The notes: generated from the sequence alone by a model not told the origin. DNA of 64,000 nucleotides from Candidatus Bathyarchaeota archaeon (GCA_963717465.1 OY970340.1:640001-704000), one strand, 5' to 3'. Positions 52,711 through 63,420 are shown, counted from the first letter of the stretch. Numbers and translations: made by a program.

Positions 52711-55700
52711 TTGAAAATCAGCCTAGGCTATCAAAGCTATATAGAAACGATGGAAAATCAGCTTAAAGAATTGTACGCTTTAAGCGATAGCGCTAGAGCT
52801 AAGGGCCTTGATCCCTCCTTGAAGACTGAGTGCGTAATTGCAAAGGATATTGCAGACCTCGTTGAAGGCTTAGTGGGTCCTAAAGGAGTAGCCTTGAGCA
52901 TTCGAGAATTGAGCTCTAAGATGCAACGTGAAGAAATCGCTTTTAAAATCGCTGAAGAAATCGCTCATGGCAAATTCGGTCACATGGAACCTGAAGCTTC
53001 AGCAGAGCAAGCAATCCGAACTGCATTGGCGATTTTTACTGAAGGCTTGACCGCAGCCCCTATACAAGGCATAGCCCAAGTTAAAATAAAAACTAATGCG
53101 GACAGAACAAAGTATCTTGCCATTTACTTCGCTGGTCCAATACGGTCTGCTGGAGGAACTGACCAGGCACTCACGCTTGTTGTAGGCGACTTCGTTCGTA
53201 TACTGCTCGGATTAGATAAGTATAAGCCTACTGAAGAAGAAATCGCGCGTTTCATAGAAGAACTAAGACTTTATGAGCGGTCAGTAGGCAGATTTCAATA
53301 TCACATCCCTGACGATGAATTAAAGAAAGCACTAAATTATTTGCCAGTTGAAGTTACTGGAACAGAATCAGATCCAGTGGAAGTTTCTTCGTACAGAAAC
53401 CTCGAAAGAGTTGAAACAAACCGGGTAAGAGGAGGCGCTCTAAGGGTAGTCAACGACGGGATAGTTGGGCGAGCTCAAAAAGTCCTAGTAATCGTAGAAA
53501 AAATTGGCTTCCAAGGATGGGATTGGCTTAAAGAATTTCGCAAAAAGTCTGAAAAAAAGTCAGGCGGCTTCATGGACGACGTTATCGCCGGACGCCCAAT
53601 CTTCTCTTTTCCCTCGAGACGAGGAGGTTTCAGGCTAAGATATGGCAGATCACGAAACACAGGTCTATCCGCTGTTGGAATTCACCCAGCAACAATGCTT
53701 GTTTTAGAAAGTTTTCTTGCAGCTGGCACTCAGATGCGTCTGGAGCTTCCTGGAAAAGGATGCGTTACTGTACCGGTGGATACACTTGAACTACCCGTTG
53801 TCTTGTTAAAGGACGATTCAGTAATCAGAGTATCAACCGAAAACTTCGACGATGTTAGAGACAAGATTAAGAAGATTCTATTTTTAGGGGACATTTTAAT
53901 CAGCTTCGGAGACTTCCTCTATACTAGCAAAGGGCTTTCACCTTCAGGATATGTTGAAGAATGGTGGGTTAAAGACCTCAAAAAATCCATAATAGAAAAA
54001 TTCTCTAATGATTTAAGTCGTGCATCAAACGCAACCAAGATTTCTGCCTTGAAGCTTGAGGGTTTTTTGAATGACCCCTTCACGGATAAACCCACAGTCA
54101 AAGAAGCAATAACTCTGAGTATGACTCTTGATGTGCCTTTGCATCCAGCTTTTACATTCTTTTGGTCAAGCTTATCATCCGCTCAAGATGTTGATTCTCT
54201 TAGGAAGTGGCTAGCGGCTTCTGAATTAACCTTTGAAGATGGCGTCGTTATCAGAATTATTGGCGCCGCAGATCCTGGAATTATTGCATTATTGAGAAAA
54301 ATTCTTGCTCCCCACAAAATATTGAATGACAAAGTTGTGCTTGAGGGTGAAGACGCTGTTGCTCTTGCCTTTAGCCTAGGTAACGGCGGATCAAAGGATG
54401 CTGAAATATCACAGGTTGATTCTGTGCTTAAAGCAGTGAGTCAACTATCCAGAGTAACTATCAACGATAAAGCGCCTACTTTTGTCGGTGGCCGCATGGG
54501 GAGACCTGAAAAGGCGAAAAGGCGCGAAATGAAACCTTTAGTACATGTTCTTTACCCCGTTAGCTTAGCTGGAGGCTCTCACAGGGACATGCTAGAAGCT
54601 GCAAAGCAAGGTCCAGTGTTCGTTGAACTTGCCAAACGAAAATGCGTAAACTGTAAAACTTTCACATTAAAGTTAAAATGTCCAAATTGCGGGTGTGACA
54701 CTGAACCTGAGAATAGTTGCCCTCGATGTGGAAAAGCTTTAAGGGACAAAACATGTCCAACTTGCAAAGCGAAAGCTGTGCAATATCAAAGGCAACCGGT
54801 AAACTTTAGAGAGTTGCTTGATGTCTCCTGCAAATCTCTTGGTTACCCAGTTCCCAAAGCCTTGCGAGGCGTCAAAGGATTAACTAACGAGGATAAGACT
54901 CCTGAAATTATTGAAAAAGGCGTCTTGCGGGCTAGATACGAATTATCAGTTTACAAAGATGGGACTATCCGTTTCGATGCCACAAATGCTCCTCTTACGC
55001 ATATTAAGCCGGGCGAAATTGGGGTCTCAATCGATAAAATGAAGCGGTTAGGTTACACTTCTGACATTCATGGCAAAAGCCTAACTGATCCAGATCAGGT
55101 TTGTGAACTAAGAATCCAAGATGTAGTAATCCCCTGGCGTGCAGGCGAATATTTTATTCAAATAGCCGCTTTCGTCGATGACCTCCTCGCAAGAGTCTAC
55201 AAGCTTCCCAAATACTACAACATAAAGAAACCCGAAGAACTTGTTGGACAATTAATCATGGGTTTAGCCCCTCATACTTGCGTGAGCATTTTAGGTCGAG
55301 TAGTCGGCTTTACAGACCGCAACGTAGTTTACGCTCATCCCATATGGCATTCAGCTAAGCGGCGTGACTGTGATGGCGATGAAGATGCAATCATGCTTGC
55401 CCTAGATATACTGCTTAATTTTTCTCGTAAGTATTTGCCTGCGCAGATAGGCGGAATCATGGATGCACCCATACTGCTGATTCCGTTCGTTAATACAAAG
55501 GAGGTGCAACGGCAAGCGCACGATTTTGATGTTGATGCTGATTACCCTGTTGAGTTCTACCAAAAAACTCTGGAAAAAGCTGAAGCCAGACCAGTCGGGT
55601 CGATTATGGATATTATTAGTCATAGGCTTGGGACAGAAGCGCAGTTTGAAGGGTTCAACTATACAACACCCGTTTCAAACATTAATCTGGGCAACGCTAA

Positions 55701-56121
55701 CAGTTCTTACAAGCAGTTTAAAACGATGGTTGAAAAGCTAAACATGCAGTTAGCTTTAGGCGAAAAAATTGAAGCCGTGGACGTTAGGCGAGTCGCATTA
55801 AAAGTATTAACAACCCATTTCCTAAGAGATATTGCTGGCAACTTGCGTGCTTTTTCAACGCAAGCCTTTAGATGTAAATCATGCAACAAGCGTTTTCGTC
55901 GATTACCTCTCAAAGGCAGATGTCCTTTTTGTGGTGGAATGCTAACTCTTACCGTTTACCGAGGGGGTATAGAGAAATACTTAGATGCAGCTCAACAACT
56001 GGTCGACAAGTATGGATTACCCAAATACTATACTCAACGCCTCGACATGGTGAAAGAAGAAATAGTTTCCATGTTTGACAACAAAAAACCAAAACAGGCA
56101 AGCCTTTTTGACTTTCGCTAA
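52711..56121 (+). CDS. polC: DNA polymerase D large subunit DP2
   Basis: AGPIRSAGGT, RYGRSRNTG, RMGRPEKA, RRDCDGDED, C-terminal PIP box QASLFDF; no intein. Confidence 0.98.
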   Translation: MKISLGYQSYIETMENQLKELYALSDSARAKGLDPSLKTECVIAKDIADLVEGLVGPKGVALSIRELSSKMQREEIAFKIAEEIAHGKFGHMEPEASAEQAIRTALAIFTEGLTAAPIQGIAQVKIKTNADRTKYLAIYFAGPIRSAGGTDQALTLVVGDFVRILLGLDKYKPTEEEIARFIEELRLYERSVGRFQYHIPDDELKKALNYLPVEVTGTESDPVEVSSYRNLERVETNRVRGGALRVVNDGIVGRAQKVLVIVEKIGFQGWDWLKEFRKKSEKKSGGFMDDVIAGRPIFSFPSRRGGFRLRYGRSRNTGLSAVGIHPATMLVLESFLAAGTQMRLELPGKGCVTVPVDTLELPVVLLKDDSVIRVSTENFDDVRDKIKKILFLGDILISFGDFLYTSKGLSPSGYVEEWWVKDLKKSIIEKFSNDLSRASNATKISALKLEGFLNDPFTDKPTVKEAITLSMTLDVPLHPAFTFFWSSLSSAQDVDSLRKWLAASELTFEDGVVIRIIGAADPGIIALLRKILAPHKILNDKVVLEGEDAVALAFSLGNGGSKDAEISQVDSVLKAVSQLSRVTINDKAPTFVGGRMGRPEKAKRREMKPLVHVLYPVSLAGGSHRDMLEAAKQGPVFVELAKRKCVNCKTFTLKLKCPNCGCDTEPENSCPRCGKALRDKTCPTCKAKAVQYQRQPVNFRELLDVSCKSLGYPVPKALRGVKGLTNEDKTPEIIEKGVLRARYELSVYKDGTIRFDATNAPLTHIKPGEIGVSIDKMKRLGYTSDIHGKSLTDPDQVCELRIQDVVIPWRAGEYFIQIAAFVDDLLARVYKLPKYYNIKKPEELVGQLIMGLAPHTCVSILGRVVGFTDRNVVYAHPIWHSAKRRDCDGDEDAIMLALDILLNFSRKYLPAQIGGIMDAPILLIPFVNTKEVQRQAHDFDVDADYPVEFYQKTLEKAEARPVGSIMDIISHRLGTEAQFEGFNYTTPVSNINLGNANSSYKQFKTMVEKLNMQLALGEKIEAVDVRRVALKVLTTHFLRDIAGNLRAFSTQAFRCKSCNKRFRRLPLKGRCPFCGGMLTLTVYRGGIEKYLDAAQQLVDKYGLPKYYTQRLDMVKEEIVSMFDNKKPKQASLFDFR

Positions 56122-56186
56122 ACCTAAAGCTTTTCAACCAATAAGCCAATTATCCTTAAGAGGAATTAGCCATCATTAAAAATAAC

Positions 56187-56441
56187 TTGCATCCGAACGC
56201 TTACTTACATCAAATAAAGAATGTTGCCAAAGGTCTCAAAACTCGAACTCTCATACTTACAATTCTTGAAGCCAAATCCGTCACTGCTTCAGAAATATCA
56301 AAAGAAACATCTCTAACATACGGGGTAATTATGCACCACTTAAAACTTTTAGAAAACGAAGGAATAGCCCAACGTAAGAATAAGGGTAAGCGCCAGTTTG
56401 TTTGGTCACTTTCTGGGCTTGGACAAAAACGTCTTAGTTAA
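56187..56441 (+). CDS. Small ArsR-like wHTH protein
   Basis: TRTLIL..L...TASEISKETSLTYGVIMHHLKLLENEGI. Confidence 0.8.
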   Translation: MHPNAYLHQIKNVAKGLKTRTLILTILEAKSVTASEISKETSLTYGVIMHHLKLLENEGIAQRKNKGKRQFVWSLSGLGQKRLS

Positions 56442-56726
56442 GAAAGGACATTGGCAAGGGGATTGTCCACATTTAGGGCACTTGTTATTGTACTTATTCA
56501 AGGTTGCTTTTTCAAGGTCTATTCCTGTTATGTTGGCTAAAGATGCAAGCCACGCTATAACGTCAGCAAACTCTTTTTCAATAGCCTCTTTATCAGTTCC
56601 CTCCAAGGCATCTCCTAGTTCTGCCAACTCATCAGCAAGCCAATCATAAGTTCTAACCATTCCGCGTTGCATGTCTCTTTCAAAGTAAAGACGCTTCATC
56701 ATCTCCTGAAATTCACTAATATGCAT
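56406..56726 (-). CDS. MazG-like NTP pyrophosphohydrolase
   Basis: WLADELAEL, EKEFADVIAWL.SLAN, CPKC...PC.C; true stop may be near 56440. Confidence 0.88.
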   Translation of the reverse strand: MHISEFQEMMKRLYFERDMQRGMVRTYDWLADELAELGDALEGTDKEAIEKEFADVIAWLASLANITGIDLEKATLNKYNNKCPKCGQSPCQCPFLTKTFLSKPRK

Positions 56727-56893
56727 CAAACTCACCTGAACAGTCACTGCTTCTCAGTTGCTTTCATGGTTTAAACCTAATTGTTCATGACCTGATTTTA
56801 CGCATCTTAATTGCGAAAGTAATTGCATAACATTAATATTAGGAACCAATTATAACGTAATATAACCTTGAAAAAGCCATCTATGGGATGTCG

Positions 56894-57058
56894 ATGAGTA
56901 AGAAGAAGAAAGATAAAGCACCAATGCCCGCGGCAAGTGCAGGCTTACTTCGGTTTTTTGAAGAAGAAACCGAAGGTATTAAGATGAGGCCTGAATTTCT
57001 CATAGTCTTTGCCGTTGCTTTAATCGTTGTTTCAGTTCTAATAAAAGTGTACGTATAG
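56894..57058 (+). CDS. secG: Preprotein translocase subunit Sec61beta (not in ORF track)
   Basis: MSKKKKDKAPMPAASAGLLRFFEEETEGIKMRPE plus C-terminal TM; 54 aa. Confidence 0.93.
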   Translation: MSKKKKDKAPMPAASAGLLRFFEEETEGIKMRPEFLIVFAVALIVVSVLIKVYV

Positions 57059-57093
57059 TAAAATTGCTCTTTCTTTGTTAATTCTTTTAGCTT

Positions 57094-57384
57094 CTATCGC
57101 CTTGGAGATGTTGGGTGAATTACTTCTATTCTTTGAACCGAATTAAGGTGAAGGAATAGTTCGCTTCTTTCTTCCCTGCTTGCAACTTGGGGAATGGGTT
57201 GGGCAATCGTTGATCTTAGGACTATTGCTTCTGCGTCTGAAAGCCAGATTCCTGCTGGGTCATGAGTTACAGCGGCTAATGTGCCCTCAAAACCGTATGT
57301 CGGGTCCAAAATAACCCTTATTTTTTTGCCCACGTTCCTCTCCAACATGTGAAATATCGAAGGCGGTAAGTCCGGGTCTGGCAT
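57094..57384 (-). CDS. Sm/LSm-like fold protein
   Basis: L...VGKKIRVIL...GFEGTL.......IWLSDA ... LFLHLNSVQRIEV (Sm1/Sm2 pattern). Confidence 0.65.
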   Translation of the reverse strand: MPDPDLPPSIFHMLERNVGKKIRVILDPTYGFEGTLAAVTHDPAGIWLSDAEAIVLRSTIAQPIPQVASREERSELFLHLNSVQRIEVIHPTSPRR

Positions 57385-57626
57385 ATGTTTCGCAAAACTA
57401 GTATAATGTGTCATCTAAAGATAAAACAATTCCCCTAATGATGCATGTTACATCCGACAGCCTTTGCGCTCTTTCAATTGAACTTATTCACTTTTTTGGC
57501 CGTTTATGCTAAATTTTTTGGTAATTAAGCTTTCAATAGTTGAGTTTTTGTGTTTATTGTCAACCGTTTTATTAGTTAGATTTTAATACAACTTTAATTC
57601 CATAAGGAAGGCAATCTTGTGAGAAC

Positions 57627-59444
57627 ATGGTAAATGAGGATTCACTAAATGATATGATTAACAGTGCTCAGAAGCATTATTCGTCCATGTTCTTCTTGCC
57701 AACATACAAGAAAGCGCTATTGGCCATAGCAGTTATTTGTATAGGTGTAATCGGGCTTTCGTCTTTAATTTTTTATCCGTCAACTGAAGGGTTAATTGGC
57801 AGTCTATCTCTTGGCATTTCCTTATTCTTGGTAACGTATATAATGGATATTTTACTGAGCAAAATAATCCTCAAAGACCCAATTTACATTTTAAGAAGGG
57901 CAGTTGCCTTATCCCTATTCTGCTGGATCGTATGGCTGTTTTTCATCTTGTTAGGCGTAGTAATAGGCGCTTTTTACGGACCAATTTGGTGGATAAGACT
58001 TTGTTTATTAGGCTTTGCATCTGTCCTAACTTTTCGCACAACAGTTTTCATTGCAACATCAAGAACAAGCATCTACCGACGTTTGGCATCGTCTTTGCTT
58101 CAACCTGTCTTCTGCATCATAGTATTCACTGCTTTTTGGTTTGTAAGCTCAAATTCTATTATTCCACAGTTTTGGCCATACTTGATTATCTCACCAATAA
58201 TTGCGTGCGTTTCAGCCTATCTTTTCCTTTTGCCGATTGACCGTGTAGGATACCAAGTTTACGGCTGGGCTTCGCTGCCTATATTCAGAGCGTTTATGCT
58301 TGATTGGGTAGTAAATCAAAATGCGCCATTGGAAGAGTTTTTTGAGAAAATAGGAGAAACCACTGATGTTGAAGTTAATCTTCTAAAGTTTGATTCTTAC
58401 AAACCTAAAGCTGCAATTATTATGCCCCTCGTGCATCCTGGTCCATTCAAGAACGTTGGTAGCAGTGTTTTGCCCTCTCTGCTTAAGCATGAATTCGAAA
58501 AGGCATTTAGTTGTGATACTTGTGTTCCCTTAGGGATTCTTGGTCATGAACTCGATTTAGCATCACAGGAGCAAAACATCAAAATAATTAATCATATAAT
58601 TGAGTCTGCTAAATTCTCAGCATCTGATGATACTGCCACTCCTTTAGTAAAGGTAAAAGAGAATTATGCTGTAGCCTCATGCCAGATTTTTGGGAAGTCT
58701 GCATTGCTTTCTTTTACGCTTGCCCCAAAAACCACTGAAGATTTACCTCAAGAGTTAGGACGCATGGTTCGAGAAGAAGCGAAAAAACTGGGATTAACCT
58801 GTACAATGATAATTAATTCTCATAACAGCATAAACGATGTAATTGACACTGCTGAATCTTTAGGCGACTTGGAAATCGCCGCTTCAAAATGCCTAAAAAA
58901 AGCAGTTACAATGCCTACACATAAGTTTAAAGTTGGATCAGCAACTGTTTATCCCAGTGAATTCTCCGTAAAAGAAGGTATGGGTCCAGGCGGAATCACG
59001 GCAATAGTTGTCCAGGTGGAACAGCAAAAAGCAGCCTATACCATCATTGATGGAAACAACATGATTTCCGGATTACGCGAAAAAATTATTCCCGCCTTAG
59101 CCGCGGCTGGTTTTGATGAAAGCGAAGTTTTCACCACGGACACTCATGTAGTTAGTGCAGTAATCACTGGAAATCGAGGTTACAACCCTGTAGGGGAAGC
59201 AATGAATCACGAAGTCTTAATCAAGTACATTACTGATGTTGCGAAGGCAGCAGAGGCAAACATGGAAGAAAGTAAAGCAGGATGCCTAAGTCTAACTGTT
59301 CCCAACGTTAGAGTAATTGGAAAAGAAATGATAGGTTCTTTATCTCTTCTTGTCGACAAAGCATTGAAGAAAGCAAAACAAACAATACTGCCCGTCTTTG
59401 GTTTAGAAGGACTGTTATTGATTTTGTTATTAGTCCTTCTATAA
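57627..59444 (+). CDS. DUF2070-like membrane protein
   Basis: Several N-terminal TM helices, VHPGPF..VGSS, HELD, NSHN, DGNN, TTDTH. Confidence 0.85.
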   Translation: MVNEDSLNDMINSAQKHYSSMFFLPTYKKALLAIAVICIGVIGLSSLIFYPSTEGLIGSLSLGISLFLVTYIMDILLSKIILKDPIYILRRAVALSLFCWIVWLFFILLGVVIGAFYGPIWWIRLCLLGFASVLTFRTTVFIATSRTSIYRRLASSLLQPVFCIIVFTAFWFVSSNSIIPQFWPYLIISPIIACVSAYLFLLPIDRVGYQVYGWASLPIFRAFMLDWVVNQNAPLEEFFEKIGETTDVEVNLLKFDSYKPKAAIIMPLVHPGPFKNVGSSVLPSLLKHEFEKAFSCDTCVPLGILGHELDLASQEQNIKIINHIIESAKFSASDDTATPLVKVKENYAVASCQIFGKSALLSFTLAPKTTEDLPQELGRMVREEAKKLGLTCTMIINSHNSINDVIDTAESLGDLEIAASKCLKKAVTMPTHKFKVGSATVYPSEFSVKEGMGPGGITAIVVQVEQQKAAYTIIDGNNMISGLREKIIPALAAAGFDESEVFTTDTHVVSAVITGNRGYNPVGEAMNHEVLIKYITDVAKAAEANMEESKAGCLSLTVPNVRVIGKEMIGSLSLLVDKALKKAKQTILPVFGLEGLLLILLLVLL

Positions 59445-59520
59445 ACATAAAAACCGCTTAGTCAGGTTTTTATCGAATTGTAAATTCTTAAAAAAAGTTG
59501 CTTATCTTCTGCTTAAGGGA

Positions 59521-60042
59521 TTACTCTGCCTTAATTCTCTTTATCGTTCTTCGAGGTTTTCTCTTAAGTTCCGTTCCGCAAACTTGGCATTCCTTGAAAG
59601 TTGAATTAACTGGGTATTCTCTGTGGCAAGCTGGGCAGTATCTGACCCAGTTTAACAGACGCTTTATGCCGAAAGTTGCGAGCGCTAAAAACTCTATTTC
59701 TAATTGTTTTGCGACGTTCTGAATGGAATAGTCATCAGTGACTATTTGTGGAGAATAACCTTTTGCTTTGAATTCTAAAGCTAAAGCCAAAAGTTGCTTG
59801 TCCGTTTCTGATAACAAGTAAGAATCGCCAACCTTACTTGCTGACGCTTGAATTCGATTCCAAAATTCTTCCGAGGGCGCTATGACCTTCAGTTTTCCAC
59901 TTTCAACGGCTGTTTTAAACCTAGTAAATGACATGGAATTAATGGATATTTCATCTTCCACTTTAGGAGCAGTTACTTCTTCTTCACTTAAAGAAAACGG
60001 GTCAAGTCCTGCCACAAAGGCAGATGTATCAAGCACTAGCAC
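59521..60042 (-). CDS. nob1: Nob1 rRNA endonuclease (PIN plus Zn ribbon)
   Basis: VLDTSAF, LSETD, TDDYSIQNVA, CPAC...CQVCG. Confidence 0.92.
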   Translation of the reverse strand: MLVLDTSAFVAGLDPFSLSEEEVTAPKVEDEISINSMSFTRFKTAVESGKLKVIAPSEEFWNRIQASASKVGDSYLLSETDKQLLALALEFKAKGYSPQIVTDDYSIQNVAKQLEIEFLALATFGIKRLLNWVRYCPACHREYPVNSTFKECQVCGTELKRKPRRTIKRIKAE

Positions 60043-60084
60043 ACGTTTAGCTTGTTTAACTGGATTGTTCGATTGGATTTTTAA

Positions 60085-60933
60085 TCACATTCCCTTAAAC
60101 AGCAATCTGCCTCTCAATCGGCGATAAAAATCATTTTCAAACCTAATGAAAGAACTCACGTTTTTAGACCTCGTAATTTCTACAACAGGGTCATCCTTCG
60201 CATCAACCACTTTATGGTAATTGCCGTCGATTGAAACACGTATTTTCTTTGGTCGAACTACGTTCAGAGCAATCGTTGAATCTTTTGGAAAAACAAGCGA
60301 GTGAAATACAGTTAATGAGCAGATCGGCGTAAGGACGAAACCGTTGATTTCCCGATCCAAAACTGGTCCCCCAGCAGAAAGCGAATAAGCCGTTGATCCA
60401 ATTTGCGTTGCAACGATTAATCCATCAGCTTGACAATTCAGTATCGGCTTGCCGTCCTTACATACTTCAGTGTAAACCAGTTTTAATGGTTCACTATTGG
60501 TAATAACAACATCGTTCAAAGCGTCCGGTAATACTTCATCGCCTAAAGAAGTGGCTAGTTTATCGCATTTCTCAATCTTGTATTCGCCATTTAAGCATTT
60601 TTCTAAAGCTACGGACGCATCTTTTGGTTCAATCTCGGTTAAGAAGCCTCTTACACCCATGTTTATGGCTAAAATTGGCGGTTCAGGATTTGGCAGAGTA
60701 ATACACGTTCTAAAAATTGTTCCGTCGCCGCCGATAGTGATTACAAAATCAGTTTTCATTCTTGAAAGGGGAACCATATTTGCCTTGGCACTTATTTTTC
60801 CGGCTAAAGTATCTTCTACGTAAACCTCCAAGCCTCTATTCTCAAGATTCTTAGCCAAGTTATCTGCAAGTTTCAATGCAGGTTTCTTGTCGTAGCGGGC
60901 GACTAACCCCACGCTTTTGAACACTATCTTCAC
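60085..60933 (-). CDS. nadK: NAD kinase
   Basis: GGDGT, GFL, ALND, ADGLIVAT..GSTAYSLSAGGP. Confidence 0.94.
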   Translation of the reverse strand: MKIVFKSVGLVARYDKKPALKLADNLAKNLENRGLEVYVEDTLAGKISAKANMVPLSRMKTDFVITIGGDGTIFRTCITLPNPEPPILAINMGVRGFLTEIEPKDASVALEKCLNGEYKIEKCDKLATSLGDEVLPDALNDVVITNSEPLKLVYTEVCKDGKPILNCQADGLIVATQIGSTAYSLSAGGPVLDREINGFVLTPICSLTVFHSLVFPKDSTIALNVVRPKKIRVSIDGNYHKVVDAKDDPVVEITRSKNVSSFIRFENDFYRRLRGRLLFKGM

Positions 60934-61176
60934 CGTTTCAGGTTAATACCGTTACCTTATTCTATATTACCCTTTCAGTGGCAAAGTCTCCAATTCTTCG
61001 CATTCTTTATCTTTTTCCACAATTGTTTCTTAAAACGTTTTTCAGGTTATCTAAGAGTCGAACCAGTTGCAACTGCAAAGCCAACCACGCTTTAGTTTAT
61101 TAAGTCATTTTTCTAAAGAATACATGTGGACAGGAATCGGAATCTAAGTTGGACGAAAACCTAAGTCTTAGTTGTT

Positions 61177-62184
61177 GTGGGTGCAGGAGCAATTGGTTCA
61201 AGCGTGACTGGATGGGTTGCGCCAAAGTATGATAAGTTGCACTTACTTGCAAGGGGAGAAAGTGCCGATATTATTAGAAAACAAGGATTAAAGTTCTACC
61301 TAAAAGGTGAACAAGCAAGCGCAGTCCCTATCCCTATTAAAATTATCGAATCTTTAAAAGAAATTTCACCTCCAGATATAATGGTAATTGCCGTTAAAAA
61401 CTACGATTTGGAGTCAACGGCAGCATCGCTTAGGGAACAGCTTGGTACGCATCAACCTATTATTGTTGCTTTGCAAAACGGCATTGAAAACCAGCGTGTC
61501 CTTCCTAAATATTTTGCTAAAATCATTTACAGCGTAGTTTGTTTCAACGCGTGGCGAGACGAACCAGGAAAAATAGGACACCAAAAACATGGTTACCTTA
61601 TACTCGGTACACCCTTGAATGACCTCCAAACCGAACAGCAACAGGTCGCAGCCATCTTGAACATGGGAATGATTTGCACCCTAACAAACCGTTTGGAAGA
61701 TGCCGTCCATTGTAAACTGTCAACTAATTTATCAAACGCTTTAGCCGCTTTAATCGGCTTCCAGGAGCTACCCATGGCGTCTTTCGATGCTTTTACTCAC
61801 ATGATTGCAAAGCTCATCTGGGAAGGAATTACAGTCATTAAGGCAAACGGTTTTAAGGAGCACAAGTTAGGGAATTTGCCGTCTTGGCGTGCCCTTAGAA
61901 TGAGCGCTACTCTGCCTGCTGTTTTAATCAGTGCCCTTTACAGATTCAGGGCGCTGGAAGAAGTCGGGCTAAATAGTACAGCGCAGGACCTGTTAGCAGG
62001 CAAAACCACTACTGAACTGGAATCCCTCAACGGTTACATGCTGACCCTTGCCAAAAAGGCTGGGCTTTCAATGCCTATTAACCAAGCAGTCTACGAAATA
62101 GCCAAAGAACGCTTTGGACCCAACTTTCAACCGATGACTAAAAGGGAACTGTTAACCGACATTCACAAAAGGCTCCAAAAATAA
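61177..62184 (+). CDS. panE: Ketopantoate reductase family protein (true start probably near 61149, frameshifted)
   Basis: GAGAIG, AVKNYD, LQNG, KL..N, ST.QD......TELESLNG. Confidence 0.82.
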   Translation: MGAGAIGSSVTGWVAPKYDKLHLLARGESADIIRKQGLKFYLKGEQASAVPIPIKIIESLKEISPPDIMVIAVKNYDLESTAASLREQLGTHQPIIVALQNGIENQRVLPKYFAKIIYSVVCFNAWRDEPGKIGHQKHGYLILGTPLNDLQTEQQQVAAILNMGMICTLTNRLEDAVHCKLSTNLSNALAALIGFQELPMASFDAFTHMIAKLIWEGITVIKANGFKEHKLGNLPSWRALRMSATLPAVLISALYRFRALEEVGLNSTAQDLLAGKTTTELESLNGYMLTLAKKAGLSMPINQAVYEIAKERFGPNFQPMTKRELLTDIHKRLQK

Positions 62185-62208
62185 ACACAAAATTCTAAAA
62201 ACTAAATC

Positions 62209-63213
62209 GTGTCGAATTTGAATAGGACAGACGGAAATTCAAAGGAAATTCCAAATCTAGCACGCCAATGGCTAGATTCAGGCAGATTTTTCAAGTGGAC
62301 TTCCACTTTAGATGAGAATAAATCCTTTGGCGAATTGAACATTTTCTTCATTCAAAAAGGCGATGTCAACAAACCTGCAATTTTGATGATTCACGGTTAT
62401 CCCACAAGCAGTTTTGACTTCATGGAGCTTTTTGATTTGCTCAGCATGGATTACTTTGTTTGTGCTCTGGATACTCCAGGATACGGATTCTCAGATAAGC
62501 CAAGAAACAGCTACAAATATTCGATTGAAGATGATGCAAAGCTTGTAGATTACTTCATAAATGAATTGTTAAAAGTTAAAAAGTTAACATTGGTCACTCA
62601 CAACAAAGGAGACAGCGTCGGATTAGCCTTACTTGACATTTATAAAAACCAAAACCGATATGTCATCGACCATTTCATAATTACCAACGGAAACATTTAC
62701 TTGCCATTAGCTAACCTGACAAATTTCCAAAAAGTTATCTTAGACAAATTCATCGGCCCCTTGGCAACCAAATTTGTTACAGGCAAAATGTTAGCTAACG
62801 GATTGGACAGAACAACCCATAACGTCAAGGAGTCCAGAGAAAAGCTGGAATCTAACGCGTTCATTTTGGACTATAAAAATGGCGGAAGCGTTCAACACTC
62901 AATTATACAATACTTGAATCAGAGAAAGAAAAACGAGATTCACTGGCTGGAGAATCTAAAAAACAGTAGCGTACCTGCAGCACTAGTTTGGGGTGAATAC
63001 GATAAAATTGCTCCAACCCAGGTCTCAGATTACGTTTGGAACAACTACCTAAAAGACAGAACCGCAAAATCAGACTACTGGACAATTCCCAACGCAAATC
63101 ACTATCTTCAAAATGATAAACCCCGTGTGATGAGCATGCTGATTCGGCAACTACTTGGCGAACAAGTGGATTTCAAAGAAATCGGCGAGAAAGAAAGGCC
63201 TATAAGCAAATAG
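62209..63213 (+). CDS. Alpha/beta hydrolase (MEST/epoxide hydrolase-like)
   Basis: HGYPTSSFDF, GYGFSDKP, HNKGDS elbow, WGEYD, HYLQ. Confidence 0.85.
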   Translation: MSNLNRTDGNSKEIPNLARQWLDSGRFFKWTSTLDENKSFGELNIFFIQKGDVNKPAILMIHGYPTSSFDFMELFDLLSMDYFVCALDTPGYGFSDKPRNSYKYSIEDDAKLVDYFINELLKVKKLTLVTHNKGDSVGLALLDIYKNQNRYVIDHFIITNGNIYLPLANLTNFQKVILDKFIGPLATKFVTGKMLANGLDRTTHNVKESREKLESNAFILDYKNGGSVQHSIIQYLNQRKKNEIHWLENLKNSSVPAALVWGEYDKIAPTQVSDYVWNNYLKDRTAKSDYWTIPNANHYLQNDKPRVMSMLIRQLLGEQVDFKEIGEKERPISK

Positions 63214-63420
63214 TCCTAAAATTTTTTCAAAATAAGCTGGAAATTAGCTTCAAAAGCCAGCTAATTCTTCCATCGTTCTTCACTTGATAAGCATGGATCG
63301 AAAATGGGCGTTAGACGATTTGGGTTAATACTTAAATACACTCTTGTGTTAAGAGGAAATTTAATTGATTGTTAAACTGAAACAGATAATCTTAAATTAA
63401 TTACGAATGGAGGCAAATTA

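Noticed and set aside
12164..56121. Inteins in RFC, MCM or DP2
   Set aside because: Protein lengths and motifs are contiguous; no intein-sized insertions.
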